Assembly: GCA_964304625.1 (NCBI GenBank)
Contig: OZ199838.1
Coordinates: 7,334,035 to 7,398,034, forward strand
Length of the DNA: 64,000 bases
Direction of reading: 5' to 3'
Origin: Kudoa neothunni
Taxonomy: Eukaryota > Animalia > Cnidaria
A program made the translations under genes and the position numbers. Numbering within the stretch: position 1 is the stretch's first letter; each line of letters opens with the position of its first letter. The notes beneath the pieces were generated by a model. The model made no database searches, was not told where the DNA came from, and saw only the letters and a list, made by a program, of their open reading frames with translations. Shown here in pieces: positions 13,673 to 26,184 of the stretch.

Positions 13673-16600
13673 ATGAGTAAGCGTAGGCGAATAAAACACG
13701 TCGAATTCGAATAAACTCTACCTTAAATTACTAAACAAATTGAGTGGGTTGTCCAAATAGTGTTCAACCCAAAGTGCTAAGATATACGCAGAACAATTGT
13801 AACGATCAACAAAGCCACTTAAATCGCATAATAAACTTGATGCGCACGGCGAGACTAAAAAAGCGATATTGTTTTGGACTATTTAGATCGGACTGAAGTT
13901 CGCATATTGCTAGGTTGCAACATTCGAACTATTCTTTGTGTCAGGCCAGCTTAAATAGTAATCTCATTGAAAACATTGTAATCGCCTCTACGAAAAACGA
14001 TCAGCTCAGATGGACAATCATGATCTTGACGAAAATCTTTCAAAATTAAAACAATCAGTCACTAGTGGAAAGCTTAAACAACAAGGTAATTATTTATCTT
14101 AGATAGAATGTTATTTTGGGGATGGTTGAGTAAATGTGAAAATTCTCAATGTATAATATAAAATAATTAATCCAACCAACTCTTATTTGTTGAACGTTTT
14201 TATTTGATAATGAATTGGAGGGTGACTATATCGATTAACTCTTGTTTGTTTTATCCAATAGAGCATCTTAGTTTATACACAGCTGGGTGTAAATTGAGTG
14301 CTGTAATTGATGTCATTGCTTATCATAGGGTTATTATTTTTGGTTCTTTTTATTTTTTCATTTTTCTACATTAAATTAATCTCAAATAATATTGTAATCT
14401 AATCATTTGTTTGTTTAAAAATCATATAAACATCATTTAATACTCTTGTTTGATAATTATGTATTATTACGTTGAATTAACTCTTTTAACTTTTAAATTT
14501 ATTTGATTTTAAAGTTATATTTTATTTCTTATTTAGTTATTATATGTTAACATTGTTGAAGTACTATTCCTCGTACAATGAGTGAAATAGAATAAGGCGC
14601 GTGCGCTATTTTTTATTTGAGTTTTTGTATTCAGAAAACTTGTTATACATTATAATAGAATTTAATATTGTGAAGTTAACAATTAATGACTGAAAATATT
14701 GTAAAGATGTTTGATAAATGTATAGATATACATTGTTTTGCATATTTCAATAAATACTGTGTCTGTGGCTTATAATTAGGAGCTGCGAAGATTAAAAATA
14801 TATATCATGCGCATGCGAACGACACAGAGGTTCAAATTAGTCAGATAAGAAGATAACAACTCTTATTTAGAAAAATTAATATGATAATAGTAAACATAAT
14901 TAATCAATTTTTAATTTATTGGTATGTTGGAACAAGTGTTATTTTATCTAATTGGTACAATTCTGTTATTCAAACCCAAAGCCTGTGGTTGTTGTTACGG
15001 GAGAATTTCATCTAAGTTTGAAATGTGTGCGCGCGTATTGATATCTTAAAAGGCATTTGCTATTGCTACCGGAGGGAATAACTCCAAATTTAATAACCCA
15101 TATAAAATTTAAAATTCACATTCGTAATTAATGATCTTCGGTCTAACATAATTAACATTTTTAAAGAAAAATACGACATTATTGTAAGCAGTTTTGTGTT
15201 ATAAAATAGTTTTAGTTCATCTTTTTGACACTGAATAAAATTAAAAAACATTAATGTTTGTAAAAAGCTAGATAATAAAGAAAATACTCAAACGAAGTAA
15301 CCAATTTTGACTCCTGTTAGTGTAAACGTGCGCCAGTAAACGATTTTTATCTGGTAATAACTGACCACTTACTTTAAGTGCGAAACATATTTACATAAAT
15401 TGAAAATTTGAAACTGTTAGTAAGTGAATTATTAGTTTATGCAAATTCTTAGAGAAAAGCTATTAGGGCGCGAGTTAAAAATATATTGTATTGGATGAAA
15501 CTTATAGATAAAAAATGAGTATTCGAAAAGAAAATTCTAAACATTTCGTTGCTTTAAGATCTTACCAGTAACAACGATACATAATTTTTCATTCAAAAGA
15601 AGGAAGCATACTAAAATTTGTTTCAAGAAACCATCAATGACCACTTAAATTTTCCCATACAAAATGCATGCGTAAGTTATGCGAATTTCTCAAATAGAAT
15701 CGATAGTAGCAGTTAAATATAGAGGTACATTAATAAAAACTGTGGAATTTATCTGATTTATTTGAATTTCCAATCATCCTGAGTATCAAATTTTATATGT
15801 TACCTTCACTAGAATTAATTCTGAATAAATTTGAAAAGTTCGTTACATTAGTTGATCATCAAAGAATAATCAAGTAACATCATTAATGTCAATTTTTACA
15901 AATATGTTGGTCATTTCCCCTGTTTTTACATCGCGTAGGGACTTTATTGTGATACTTTTAACAATTTCATGGTATAACATTTTTGTATACGCCTTCTATT
16001 AACTCCAAACGATTTTTAGTTGATCGGGTTAAAATTTTTATATCGAAACATTACAAGGATAATTATATATCTCATTTAAGGATTTAATTTCCGAAAATTT
16101 TCCATATCGTCGCTAGCTTTAAAAGTAATGCTAGAGGTGCGGTTACCTCAGCATGTTCAATATTTTGGTTCTCCTTGAACTCTCTATTTGTATAGATGAT
16201 TCAAGAAGAATCCGAACATTATTGCGTGGATTATTAAAGTTTCATTTAAATATTTTAGAATTTAAAGTTAGGAATTTTTATATATTTCGTAATTCCCTCA
16301 TTTTTAATTTTCAAAAAAAATTGTTCCTAACGATTAAGATGATTTTCTAATTATCTATATGAGCCAACCTTCAATCAAGAAGAGGATTCCATCATACAAG
16401 TTACGATACAGGGACAACTTAGAAAACCATAGTTCAGTATATTTTAACATATTACATTAGCTGCGCTGGATTAAACGTTATGCACAATCAGAGGTAATAA
16501 GATGATAAGATGGACGTTTTTATACATAAAATACAATGTCTGATATTTGATTTTTAGTTAAAGAAAACTTTATTAGTAAAAAATTAAAATATTTAAATAA

Positions 16601-19600
16601 CATTATTTATAACAGAACATAAAATACGAAATTTATAACCTCAATATTAGAAATTTCAATATCTCAAATTTTCTCAAACCTACTAATTATGTTAGACCAA
16701 AAATCATCATTTGCAAATGTGAATTTCAAATTTTATATGTATTATTAAATTCGGAGTTATTCCCTCCCTTAGCAACAGACAACCAGCACATATGGATTTT
16801 ACGGATCCGTAGCAATAGCCAGTGCCATTTTCTTAAAATTCTTTCCTAAGTGATATACGCAAACAATTTTTTAATATTCGTTATGCTTAATTATTTTCAA
16901 TCTATGTGAGTGTAACAGTATGAAAGAACAAATCGAATGTTGCCAAAATTGGACTTCCTAAAATACTTAACACTCTTACTGAGTTTGGGGTCAAAAGTTC
17001 ACGTCTTAAAGCTATATTGATCAGCATTAAAAACTCAAATTTATCGTTGTAAATTTACCTCTATATATGTCCATGTTATATGCTAAAGTATTGTTATTTA
17101 ATTTGAACTCATTCCATTTTATCCGCGTGTTAACTTAAATTCACCTTTTAGTGAGTTTGGGATCGTTTTTGACCCCATAATAAATAATTACTTTATAACA
17201 TTAACAATTCGACATAATAAATCAATTTAAATATTATCTTTGATATTAAAATATTTTCAAAGTTTTAGACCAGGCTTCCTGATTGAGGGTCCGAGACTCA
17301 CATCTTGAGTCAACGAGAAAATATGTCATGCTCAATTCGTGCTCAATCGGAGCTGAAATAAATCTGATAAACAAATATTCGTTTGAAGAATTTTACTGAA
17401 AATTAATTTTATTTCAATCTAATATTTTATATTCATAAATAAATTATTTAGTTAAAATCTTAAATATCGTAACTAACAAAATTATGAAATATTTAATTTA
17501 TAATGGGAATGATTAATTATTCGTTAAGTGTTTTGAAATAAGTCGAATTATTTAAAATTTTATTATTTATTTTTTTAACTATAAGGCAAGTAGTAATTAA
17601 ACGTTCATTAGCATCAAGATTAAGATATTATTTTTATTGCTAAATTATTTTAAATTTTAATGCTTCAAATTGGCATAAAAAATTATATAAATTAGAACTT
17701 TTCATTCGAACTAAGGTCACGTGTTTATTTTCCTCATTTAATTTTTAAATTTATAATCCAGAAAAAACTACAAACTCCCAATTTGGGTACAAGCGCAATT
17801 ATTCGCAGGTTATATTTTTCCGTAAAATATTAATATATCTAGTTTATCCGCAAATGATGATTTATTTACACCTTTAACTGATAAAGACCCTCATTTAACT
17901 TAATTATTGTCCAAAAAAGACAAGAAAAAAGTCCAAACATTAAATTTATTATCAGTTGTATTTATTTGATTCATAACTGTTTTATTTTTAAAGTGGACGG
18001 ATTATTTCTTTTTAATGTAATTTTATTAAAAATATTTCTCCCGCTTAAAATTAAATCAATTTTTAAATCTCTTTGTTTGTGAAGGGGTGTGGAGTTGTCC
18101 TCATATGTGGTAGGGGGGGGGGGGGGGGGTGCGAGAACTAAACTGAATCAGAAAGCTCTGTTTCAGACTCTTCTAAGATTTTCTAGGATCCTGAACAGCG
18201 GTAAGCATAACATGGCCCGTGGGCCGGATCTTGCCTCATGGTGTTCCATTCGGCCATCGGGAGCAATAGCAAGTTTACTATAGAATTTATCTATTTGTGA
18301 TAGATTTGGGATTTAGTTCCTCTCTAAGATATTTTAAAAGCCAGACTAATATTAATATATCCGTAAATATAAAGTTGCCATATTTTTTTATACTCAAGTT
18401 TAATAACTGTTTACGTTAGACTTACAATTAGAAACATGAATAATTATTAAATATGGCTAACAATATTTAGAAAATTTTAAGGGATAAAGCATATGAATTA
18501 ACAGAAATATGCGGTGTCAATAAAGTTATGCAAACTAAAAAATCAAAAAAAATGTAGAAGGAAACTTCCTTATTTATATTTTTTGGAATGACGCGTATTA
18601 TAAACAGATTAGCCCTACTTTAAATATAAAATTGCTCCGCTACAAACTACCTGATTCAATAATCTATACAAAAATAATTGCTAAACCAATTAAACATGTA
18701 ATTCCTTCACAAGATATTTAATTTTAACCACAGCGCATATTGAAAAGCGAAAAATTGATAACAGGTGCCTCGTTTTTAATAAAGATTTGGTTGAAATGCA
18801 TTTATTTGTACATATTCGCCCAAAGCTGTTTGCCTTATTTATCAACATATCTGTGCAGTACTCAAAAAATCAAGTTTATATTTTTTATTAAATTTTATTT
18901 AAAATGCGATTTAATTTATATTAATATTAAATTCTTTAAAATAATTGCTTTCAGACCTGTGATCAAATTTTGTTTATAATAATTCGTCCCCGCAAAAATA
19001 TAAGTGTCCATCCCTGAACAAGAAGAAAATATGTTAGTATCATTGAAGAAATTTTAAATGAATACGGCATTGACAACGTAGCCAACCAGAATCAAATTTC
19101 GCGAAAATGAGATTTAAGTTAAAGGATAAGATGTTCTATTTTCCCAAGAGAACGTAATAACAAACGTTCAACTTGTCATTTATATTGTGTGAAACCCATG
19201 TTTAACCCTGATATATCAATATTTTGTGAAAATTGCATCCAAAATTATAATTAGATAATTATATTTTACAAATTTTAATATTTTGGTCGTTTTGGATGGA
19301 ATAATTTATTCGTAAAACTACTATTTCTATCCTGGGGTCAAAAACGGCCCCAAACTCATTTGAAGATGGAGTGTTGACTCAGTACGAGTGTTCAATGCAT
19401 AAGGATAGTCATTTTCAAATTTGGAATCGCTAAGGTATAAAAAGAAACGATCCAGTTAAAAATACAGTTGAATAAGTCTATTTATACTTAAAAAATTTAT
19501 CCCCTTGGTGTAGTGTTGATAATATTAAATTGTTTTTGATTCCCAACGGCGAAGGTCTTTAAATAATCAATAATAAAAGCTTATGAAGAATGAACTCTAT

Positions 19601-22600
19601 ATCCGAGAGCTTCATTATTAGAGGGGTTGTGAAAATTAATTATGGCTTAACACATGATAAAATTTAATATTAATATGACGGGTTATTAGGTATCTGTGAA
19701 TCCCATGACTCAAAAAAAACTCTCATTTGCGCACGTTTTTTCTCGAAAATTTTGTCGACGAAAAGAATATCAAGAGAAAAAATTCAGATTATGGAATTTA
19801 TTTCTAAATTTCGACCAAATTTTGAATGTTGTAATAATATTATATGTTTAAAAATTTTATTATTACATATTCACTACTTATATCGCAATCTAAGTAGGGG
19901 CTTAGGATAAATATCATTCTATTGTTTCGTAGTGACTTCAAATTTTTTACATTTTAAAACATTGAATAGAGACATTCATATTGCCTGTTAATGCAAAAAA
20001 TCCAAATGAATTTTTTAATGAGACATCCGGAATTTTTGGTATGCCATTTAATAGTTATTTTTGAGCTCATGATTGACCGAAACCATTCTTTTTTTAGATG
20101 CTTAGGCAGATTTATAAAATAAACTTCTCTTGTTATTCAGAGGAAATTTGTTTTTAGTCTCCCCAACAAGTTTCTATTGTGTTTATGCGAGCACCATCCT
20201 AATCAACTCCTTAGAGTGGTTCATTTGAATATGGCCGTATCCAAGGGAATTTATGCCATTGTAGGCTGGCCAGTCATCAATGAGAGTCTGTGAGCCTTTT
20301 ATCACTTTAGCATCAATAATGTGCAGTAACGTAATGGCGTTTCGTTGTATAACATAAAAATACCAGATATTTTCATTGGTTATGATACCATTGTTGTCCA
20401 CTTTACGCGAGAATGACCCCAAAAAAATCAAGGGTCGTCGATACAGTTTCCATATTTTTCCTTTATATTTTCTGTTGCTATACTTTATAATCAATATACT
20501 TTTAAAAGAATCACCTACAATATCGATTTAGGAGAGTAAACATTCACTCCTACTTGTTTCATCGGTGTCTATAATTTTTTAGTTATCTTATATAGTTTTA
20601 ACTACGCATACTTGGGGACAAAACCTCTCAATTTGGGGACGTTTTCCTCACACCCACCACCTCTTAAGATATGTTTCACGATTGTTTTTCCTTTTACATT
20701 GTAGAAGTAGAAGACACACGCCAATTTCTATGACGCACCCTTCACTCCCGAATGTTTTTTCTTCTTCGTAAGAAGATTGACATAGACCGCGAATTTTTTT
20801 AACTAGACATTTCGGCGAAGATCGACATGATAGAATTTTTTTTCCAGTCGTACAATAATTTCAATTTTTTCTTAACTGTTAAATTTTGAGATGAACCCAC
20901 GATACAAGTTGTTGAAAAAAAGGTTTTTACTCTAAGGGAAAATTTTGTTTTACATCTTTTTCCAATTAGATTTATTTAAATGGAATATATCTGCATATTT
21001 TTTACGAGAAAATTTCCGGAAGTATTCCACCATATTTCTGTTATCTGAGAATTTTTCGGTAACAGACCTCAAAATATTTAGTTTGCGTTCGCTTTTTACA
21101 AACGTATTATAAATCCAACAGTTTTTACATCGGTTAGGTGCATTGCTCAAGTTACCATACGTTAACTAGGTGATGAATAATTTTTTGAAATCATTTACCG
21201 ACAAATAAAAATCATCATCTTTCCCAAACTCCAAAAACGTCAATTTCATATGTGGTGTAAAGATAAACTTCCCATCAAATATGTAGGAAATTAAAGAAGT
21301 AATATAAATGCGGCAAAAAATTTAAAGTTTTGAATGGGCTAAAATATTTGGAATAAAATGTCAAATTTCCACACATGTTACATAAGGGGGATTGCACACA
21401 GGGACGATTTAGCACGAATCAAAATTTGTAAGTTCCATGAGTAGAACCTGTGCTCTCGATATTATTATTGAATGAAAAAATAATATGAAATTTTTTTTAT
21501 TTGAGTATACTTGTTGGCCATTATACTGTCCAGGTGTAAACTTAAGTTGGTATTTATGCAAAAGCTGATATTTGATTGTATATCTTTACTATCGTTGTGA
21601 TTTAACATTTTTCAGGGTTGCGTTTCAATTTCTGGCATTTTAAATCTGAGATATTTTATTTATTCGGAAATAATTTTAAAGTAATAATAACTTCTTAACT
21701 CATAATTTCAAGCGCATTTTTAAAATTTAAGATTTTGTGGCTACAAAACCTTATATCTTTTATGTAACGAACAGTGGTTAAGCCTAGAGATACTGCAGTA
21801 TAAACGAGGAAATTACTTTTCGTTATTTCATGAATTTTCATATAGTTCTGATGTATTCGTAAACATAATTATATTTTTATAAAAAATAAACTATTTGCAC
21901 GTAAAATGTTTTAGTGATATCAATGTCACGATTACTTTGAAGTCACTACTGAGGTAAAATCTCAAAAAATGTGATTTTATTTCATATTAAAATAGGTGTT
22001 TAATCCATATTTAATTGATCAATATAGAAAGTCTCAATTTAAATTCATCATAAAATTGTGAATATTTAAATTTGAAATTATTTTTTGAAACCACTAGTTT
22101 TTACACTGATTTTTAGATCATATTCTTCTATCGACAAAGATTACTTTTTAATGTTCATATAATTCTTTTATTTTTCCTGATTTTTAATTCTTAATGTAAA
22201 CTTTAGTCATCATTATATACTCAAGATATACAAAAACTTTTAAATATTTTTGAAATTGTAACACTAAATTGGTAAAAAAAATAAAAAATGAATTGTCACA
22301 CGTATTCACTCTTATGGAGTCTCAATACATTGGTTTCAATTTAAAAAAATATACTCATACTTTGGGCTTAATATTTCTAATGTATATTTTAGTTATTGAT
22401 GAGCCTGAATTTTACTCAGCCATGCAGAATATCAGATCACAACAAAATGAAATAGCAGAGCTTCATTTTAAAGCATATGGCAACAAGTACATTTATACTT
22501 CATCGTATAATTAAAAATCTACTTTTTGTAACGCGAGCGCAGAATATTGTTAATGTTTATCCACTGGATTAATATTGATCATATTCAGCGATAAATATTT

Positions 22601-25600
22601 ATAAAAGAAATAAAATTCTTTCCATTATCGGAACTAGTTACAACTTCATTTTTAATCAATAGGTTATTTAATATGTTTTTAGAGTGTAGCTAAAGTAGCG
22701 CAGGGTTATTACCTAGCATGGTTATTGCGCACTTTTAGAAATAGCGTCGAAAATCAAAAATAAACGAATTAACTATGGATATAAATCGTGAGATGAGAGT
22801 AAAATAGATCGATAAATATAATTGTAGAATTAAGCAATAATTTTTTCGTTGGAAAAAATAGAAGTGCATGCTTATTACGCACCTGAAATCTGTTGTTTGA
22901 TTACATTGGCATGGTTAATACGCAGTAGGAAAATAGGAAAATTTAGGAACTAAGAGTGGCTCTAAAGCGAACATCGTTGGACACTTCGGCCTTAAATCAG
23001 TCACCACATCGAATACAATTGTATCAATAAAATCGAAAATATTTGTAGACTTTATTTCAAGTGATTTAAGATGTTGTCGCAAATCTCTTATAAAAAAATT
23101 CAAACTACTAGATATAAGAATGAATGGATCGAACTTTCGATAACGTGAAATATAAAGCTGTCCAGAGAATATAATATACAGTAGGTAACCAATTTCACGC
23201 ACTTTTTAAAAACCGATTTAATTAGAATATTGATTAGTCATTGTTTATATATGTTTCTTATATTTCAATCAAAAATTTTATAGAAATTATTTTAAAAAGT
23301 TGCTAAATAATGTAATTAAAAGTCACGTGATTGATCAATTCGCGCACTTTTTCTAGGTACTTCCTGTTTATTATTTAGTTAAGTCATATATGTAATGCCA
23401 AAAAAACTCCTATAACTATATCTATTGTCGAAGAGTACAATATTACTAATTATTATAAAAGTCTTCAATCTAACGACCCAAAAATTGTCACTGTATCACA
23501 TTTTAAAATATCTATTATCCCGACTCCTAATGGCATCCTAGAGATGAAAAATAAAATAATCAAAACCTATAAATGGTTGTATAATCTAAAAATAGAAATC
23601 ATTTGCATGAACGACAGTTTAATTCTGTTGATGAAAATGTATATGAGTGGATTGGGTAGACACGAAGCAGAAGAATTGTAGTAAGCGTCGTCATGATAAT
23701 TATCAAGAGAAATCAATTGGTCAAAGAAAGAGGTTTACCATCGTGTGCAATTCGTGGTATGTTTTTCTCTTTTTAAAAAAGGTCTAACATTAAAAAATCA
23801 AATTTTATTAGCTAATCTACTGTTGCCACCTCTGAAACTACTTCGTAATAGACCAATTAAATCAGAACATTTGTTAAAAGATACTCTGAAAATTATATTT
23901 ACAATGTAGACGAAACTGCCTTATTCTATCGATAGCAACAAGAGTATTTCATAGATCGTTGAAAAATATTTTTGTGATGTTAACACGTTTTCAGAGTTTT
24001 AATTATCGTTTTAAAAATTAATATATAGTTAATTAGCCTTTATAAACGCAATTTAATCATTATTAAATGCCAATTTTTTCTGAAATAATTGCGCACGCAA
24101 GTGCGTGAAATTGGTTTCTTACTGTAATAGTAAAATAAATTAGTCAATGGCATAAAGGACAACACTCCTATAACTGTCGGTCAAGGACAATTCCATGGGT
24201 TTGCTTTGAGAGTTAGTCTAAAAATGAACAAATAAAATAGAAAATCTAAAAGAAATAAAGGAATTACTCAAGATCCATCGCACCGAAATGCTGGAACACA
24301 TTACAAAGTTTAATTTCTCCTTTTGAAAAATAAAATAAACTTCGTTTAAAACTAGAGAAATAACAAATTTCTTGTTAAAAAAATAATTCTGTCTTAAACT
24401 GCCTTATTTATTTTCAAAATACTCTGTGAACAATCAAAAAATTATCACGAAAATTGTTCACATCTCTCTATTAAAGTTATTAATAGTGCAACAAGAGAAT
24501 AGATAAAAAAAGCAGATAAAGTGGTCGCGTACCCACCAAACTTTCACCTGTGTGTGCAGGCGCTAAGCATGGATATTAAGTAGTGCAGGGTTATTACGCA
24601 CTCGTGTCGTTGTCCCCAAAAAGTGCGTAGTATCCCTGCACAACTATATTGTGTCTTGAATTATTTTATTCCCTTTTTAAACATTTGATTGGAATTTTAG
24701 CTATAGTAAATAATTCGAATTCTTGAGAACATAACAAAGGGTTATAAATAATTTACTTTGGTATATGTCAAAAAATAAACTGCATATGCAGCGATAAAAT
24801 AGTAACTGCGTGGATTACGAATTTTGGCGCAAACGTGAACAGTATATAGGATTATATTTTGTATGAAGCAATAACTAAGGCCAGTTAAATATTAATAAAA
24901 ACCATTGTTGCAATAAATCGTAAATTTTGTGTTATTGATTCGTTAATTAGTAGTAATGTTGTTTCCCCTTGAGAACAAACTTTATATTACCATTATGCCA
25001 CTAATGTATCCTGAATATATTTTAAATTTATGTTAAGACAGTTTAATATTCATCTCGATTGTCCGCATGGATCATATCTCATTCGATAATCTAAATGTAA
25101 AATGAAAGAATAACTCAACTAAACTTTAGAGAATCAATCATAAATACAGTTTTGTTTAATAATTACACATAAAATCAATGATTGTAACTTTTTAAAGCGT
25201 AAATAATAGTTTGATATAATTAGTCTTATCTTTACGAAGACTGAAAGATGTTACCCTTAATTTGAAATATCTGCGCTTAATATTTTAATAAATATTCGTA
25301 TAAACGTATCATTAGATCTTATTGTTTAAATGATGGTTGATACTTCTTGTTTAAACGAAAATAATAATTAAATTTATTTTTACGACCAAGTAAAAAATAA
25401 AAGTATTAATTCAAATCACTTATGCTTCTCAATTCATCTAAAAATTTGTATCATTCCTATTCTTATTCCCAGTTCCTTTAAAATAAAATTAACTATCCAA
25501 CTGAAAGTATTGAAACCTATATAATTTTCATTTACCTAAGATATCCATAACCCATTAATAACCATTGAAAAAATAAAAGGTAAAAGATGTCAATTAAGGG

Positions 25601-25927
25601 ACACGGATTGATTGAGCCATAATAAAATAGGTTTATAATTTTAATATAAATTTATAACTGATATGCACAATTTTTAGTAATAAAACTTGGTAATAACCTT
25701 ATTAAACTTGTTTTTAATCCTTACTAAAGTATTTACTTTATTTATGATTGGTTAATTAAATTAGAGTCTCTATGAACGATGATGTGGACAAAATAAAAAA
25801 ATCTTACGATGAAGTTTTTTCCTCGCTGGATAAATTATGTGAAACAATGTATTCTTGTCATATATGTGATTTGTTTAAAATATTAAATTTATTCATTAGA
25901 ATGAATATGCCCGAAAGACAAATGTAG
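13673..25927 (+). CDS. CCDC28: Coiled-coil domain-containing 28 (CCDC28A/B, DUF4061-type); well-supported exons 14010-14085, 22393-22486, 25765-25848, 25900-25927; 5' exons and start uncertain
   Basis: Phase-compatible GT-AG splicing gives (SNLIENI)MDNHDLDENLSKLKQSVTSGKLKQQVIDEPEFYSAMQNIRSQQNEIAELHFKAYGNKVSMNDDVDKIKKSYDEVFSSLDKLCETIMNMPERQM*. This matches the CCDC28 core as I recall it ([21 protein letters not shown]...MEHVRGMQEKLARL..ELYG...L..L...I). Confidence 0.75.
15480..15900 (-). mobile_element. Highly degraded Mutator (MULE) transposase remnant; boundaries approximate
   Basis: The minus strand reads INSTVFINVPLYLTATIDS...CIVVTGK...YKFH, resembling the MULE DxT/PL/D/CxxH layout, with many stops. 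Confidence 0.4.
17271..18160. mobile_element. hAT-type non-autonomous element (MITE)
   Basis: TIRs CAGGCTTCCTGATT / AATCAGAAAGCTCTG flanked by 8-bp TSD TTTTAGAC (17263-17270) / TTTCAGAC (18161-18168). Contains a G17 run at 18113-18129. Confidence 0.75.
18196..19016. mobile_element. hAT-Charlie-like MITE remnant
   Basis: Left end CAGCGGT...GGCCCGTGGGCCGGATC...CGGCC and right end ...AAGTGTCCATCCCTG resemble Charlie-type ends. No clean TSD. Confidence 0.5.
20040..20900 (-). mobile_element. Merlin (ISXO2-like) transposase remnant; boundaries approximate
   Basis: ORF 20183-20494 reads QRNAITLLHIIDAKVIKGSQTLIDDWPAYNGINSLGYGHIQMNHSKE, matching ISXO2 R.A.TL..II...GS.I.SD.W.AY...GY.H..VNHS, followed by TIETCW. 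Confidence 0.75.
22690..24648. mobile_element. Degenerate TIR element enclosing the pogo element
   Basis: GCAGGGTTATT...CGCACTTTT near 22700 is inverted relative to AAAAGTGCGTAGTATCCCTGCAC near 24620-24640. A second copy of the motif at 24584 forms a local hairpin. No TSD found. Confidence 0.4.
23179..24124 (+). mobile_element. pogo/Tigger deletion derivative
   Basis: TA|CAGTAGGTAACCAATTTCACGCACTT ... AAGTGCGTGAAATTGGTTTCTTACTG|TA. Internal IYNVDETALFYR (Tigger first-Asp motif) at ~23895-23932. Confidence 0.85.
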
Positions 25928-26184
25928 ATTAGTTAGTAGCACAAAAACGTCATAGTTTATGGGCGAGTCAGTATTTTGTATAAAAATATTTTCTATAACA
26001 AATGTGTCTTTTTTCCAAAAAGCCAACACCTTATGAAAGGGATAAACATATTATTTTCACCTCTGGGAAAAGTTAATCAAACTGCTATACAACTATGAAT
26101 AAATTACCAAGGCACCGATTTCCATATAATCAAAACGGCATATAGTTTTATTATATCGCTAGAACAAGCTCTTTACTTATCCTA

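Larger units (their letters stand above)
16971..19390 (+). mobile_element. Internally deleted piggyBac-like element carrying two hAT MITE insertions
   Basis: TTAA|CACTCTTACTGAGT ... ACTCAGTACGAGTG|TTCA (13/14 TIR). Subterminal inverted repeat TGAGTTTGGGATCGTTTTTGACCCCA (~17152) pairs with TGGGGTCAAAAACGGCCCCAAACTCA (~19333). Cys-rich-domain remnant RCSIFPRERNNKRSTC...FCENC at ~19128-19236. Confidence 0.7.
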
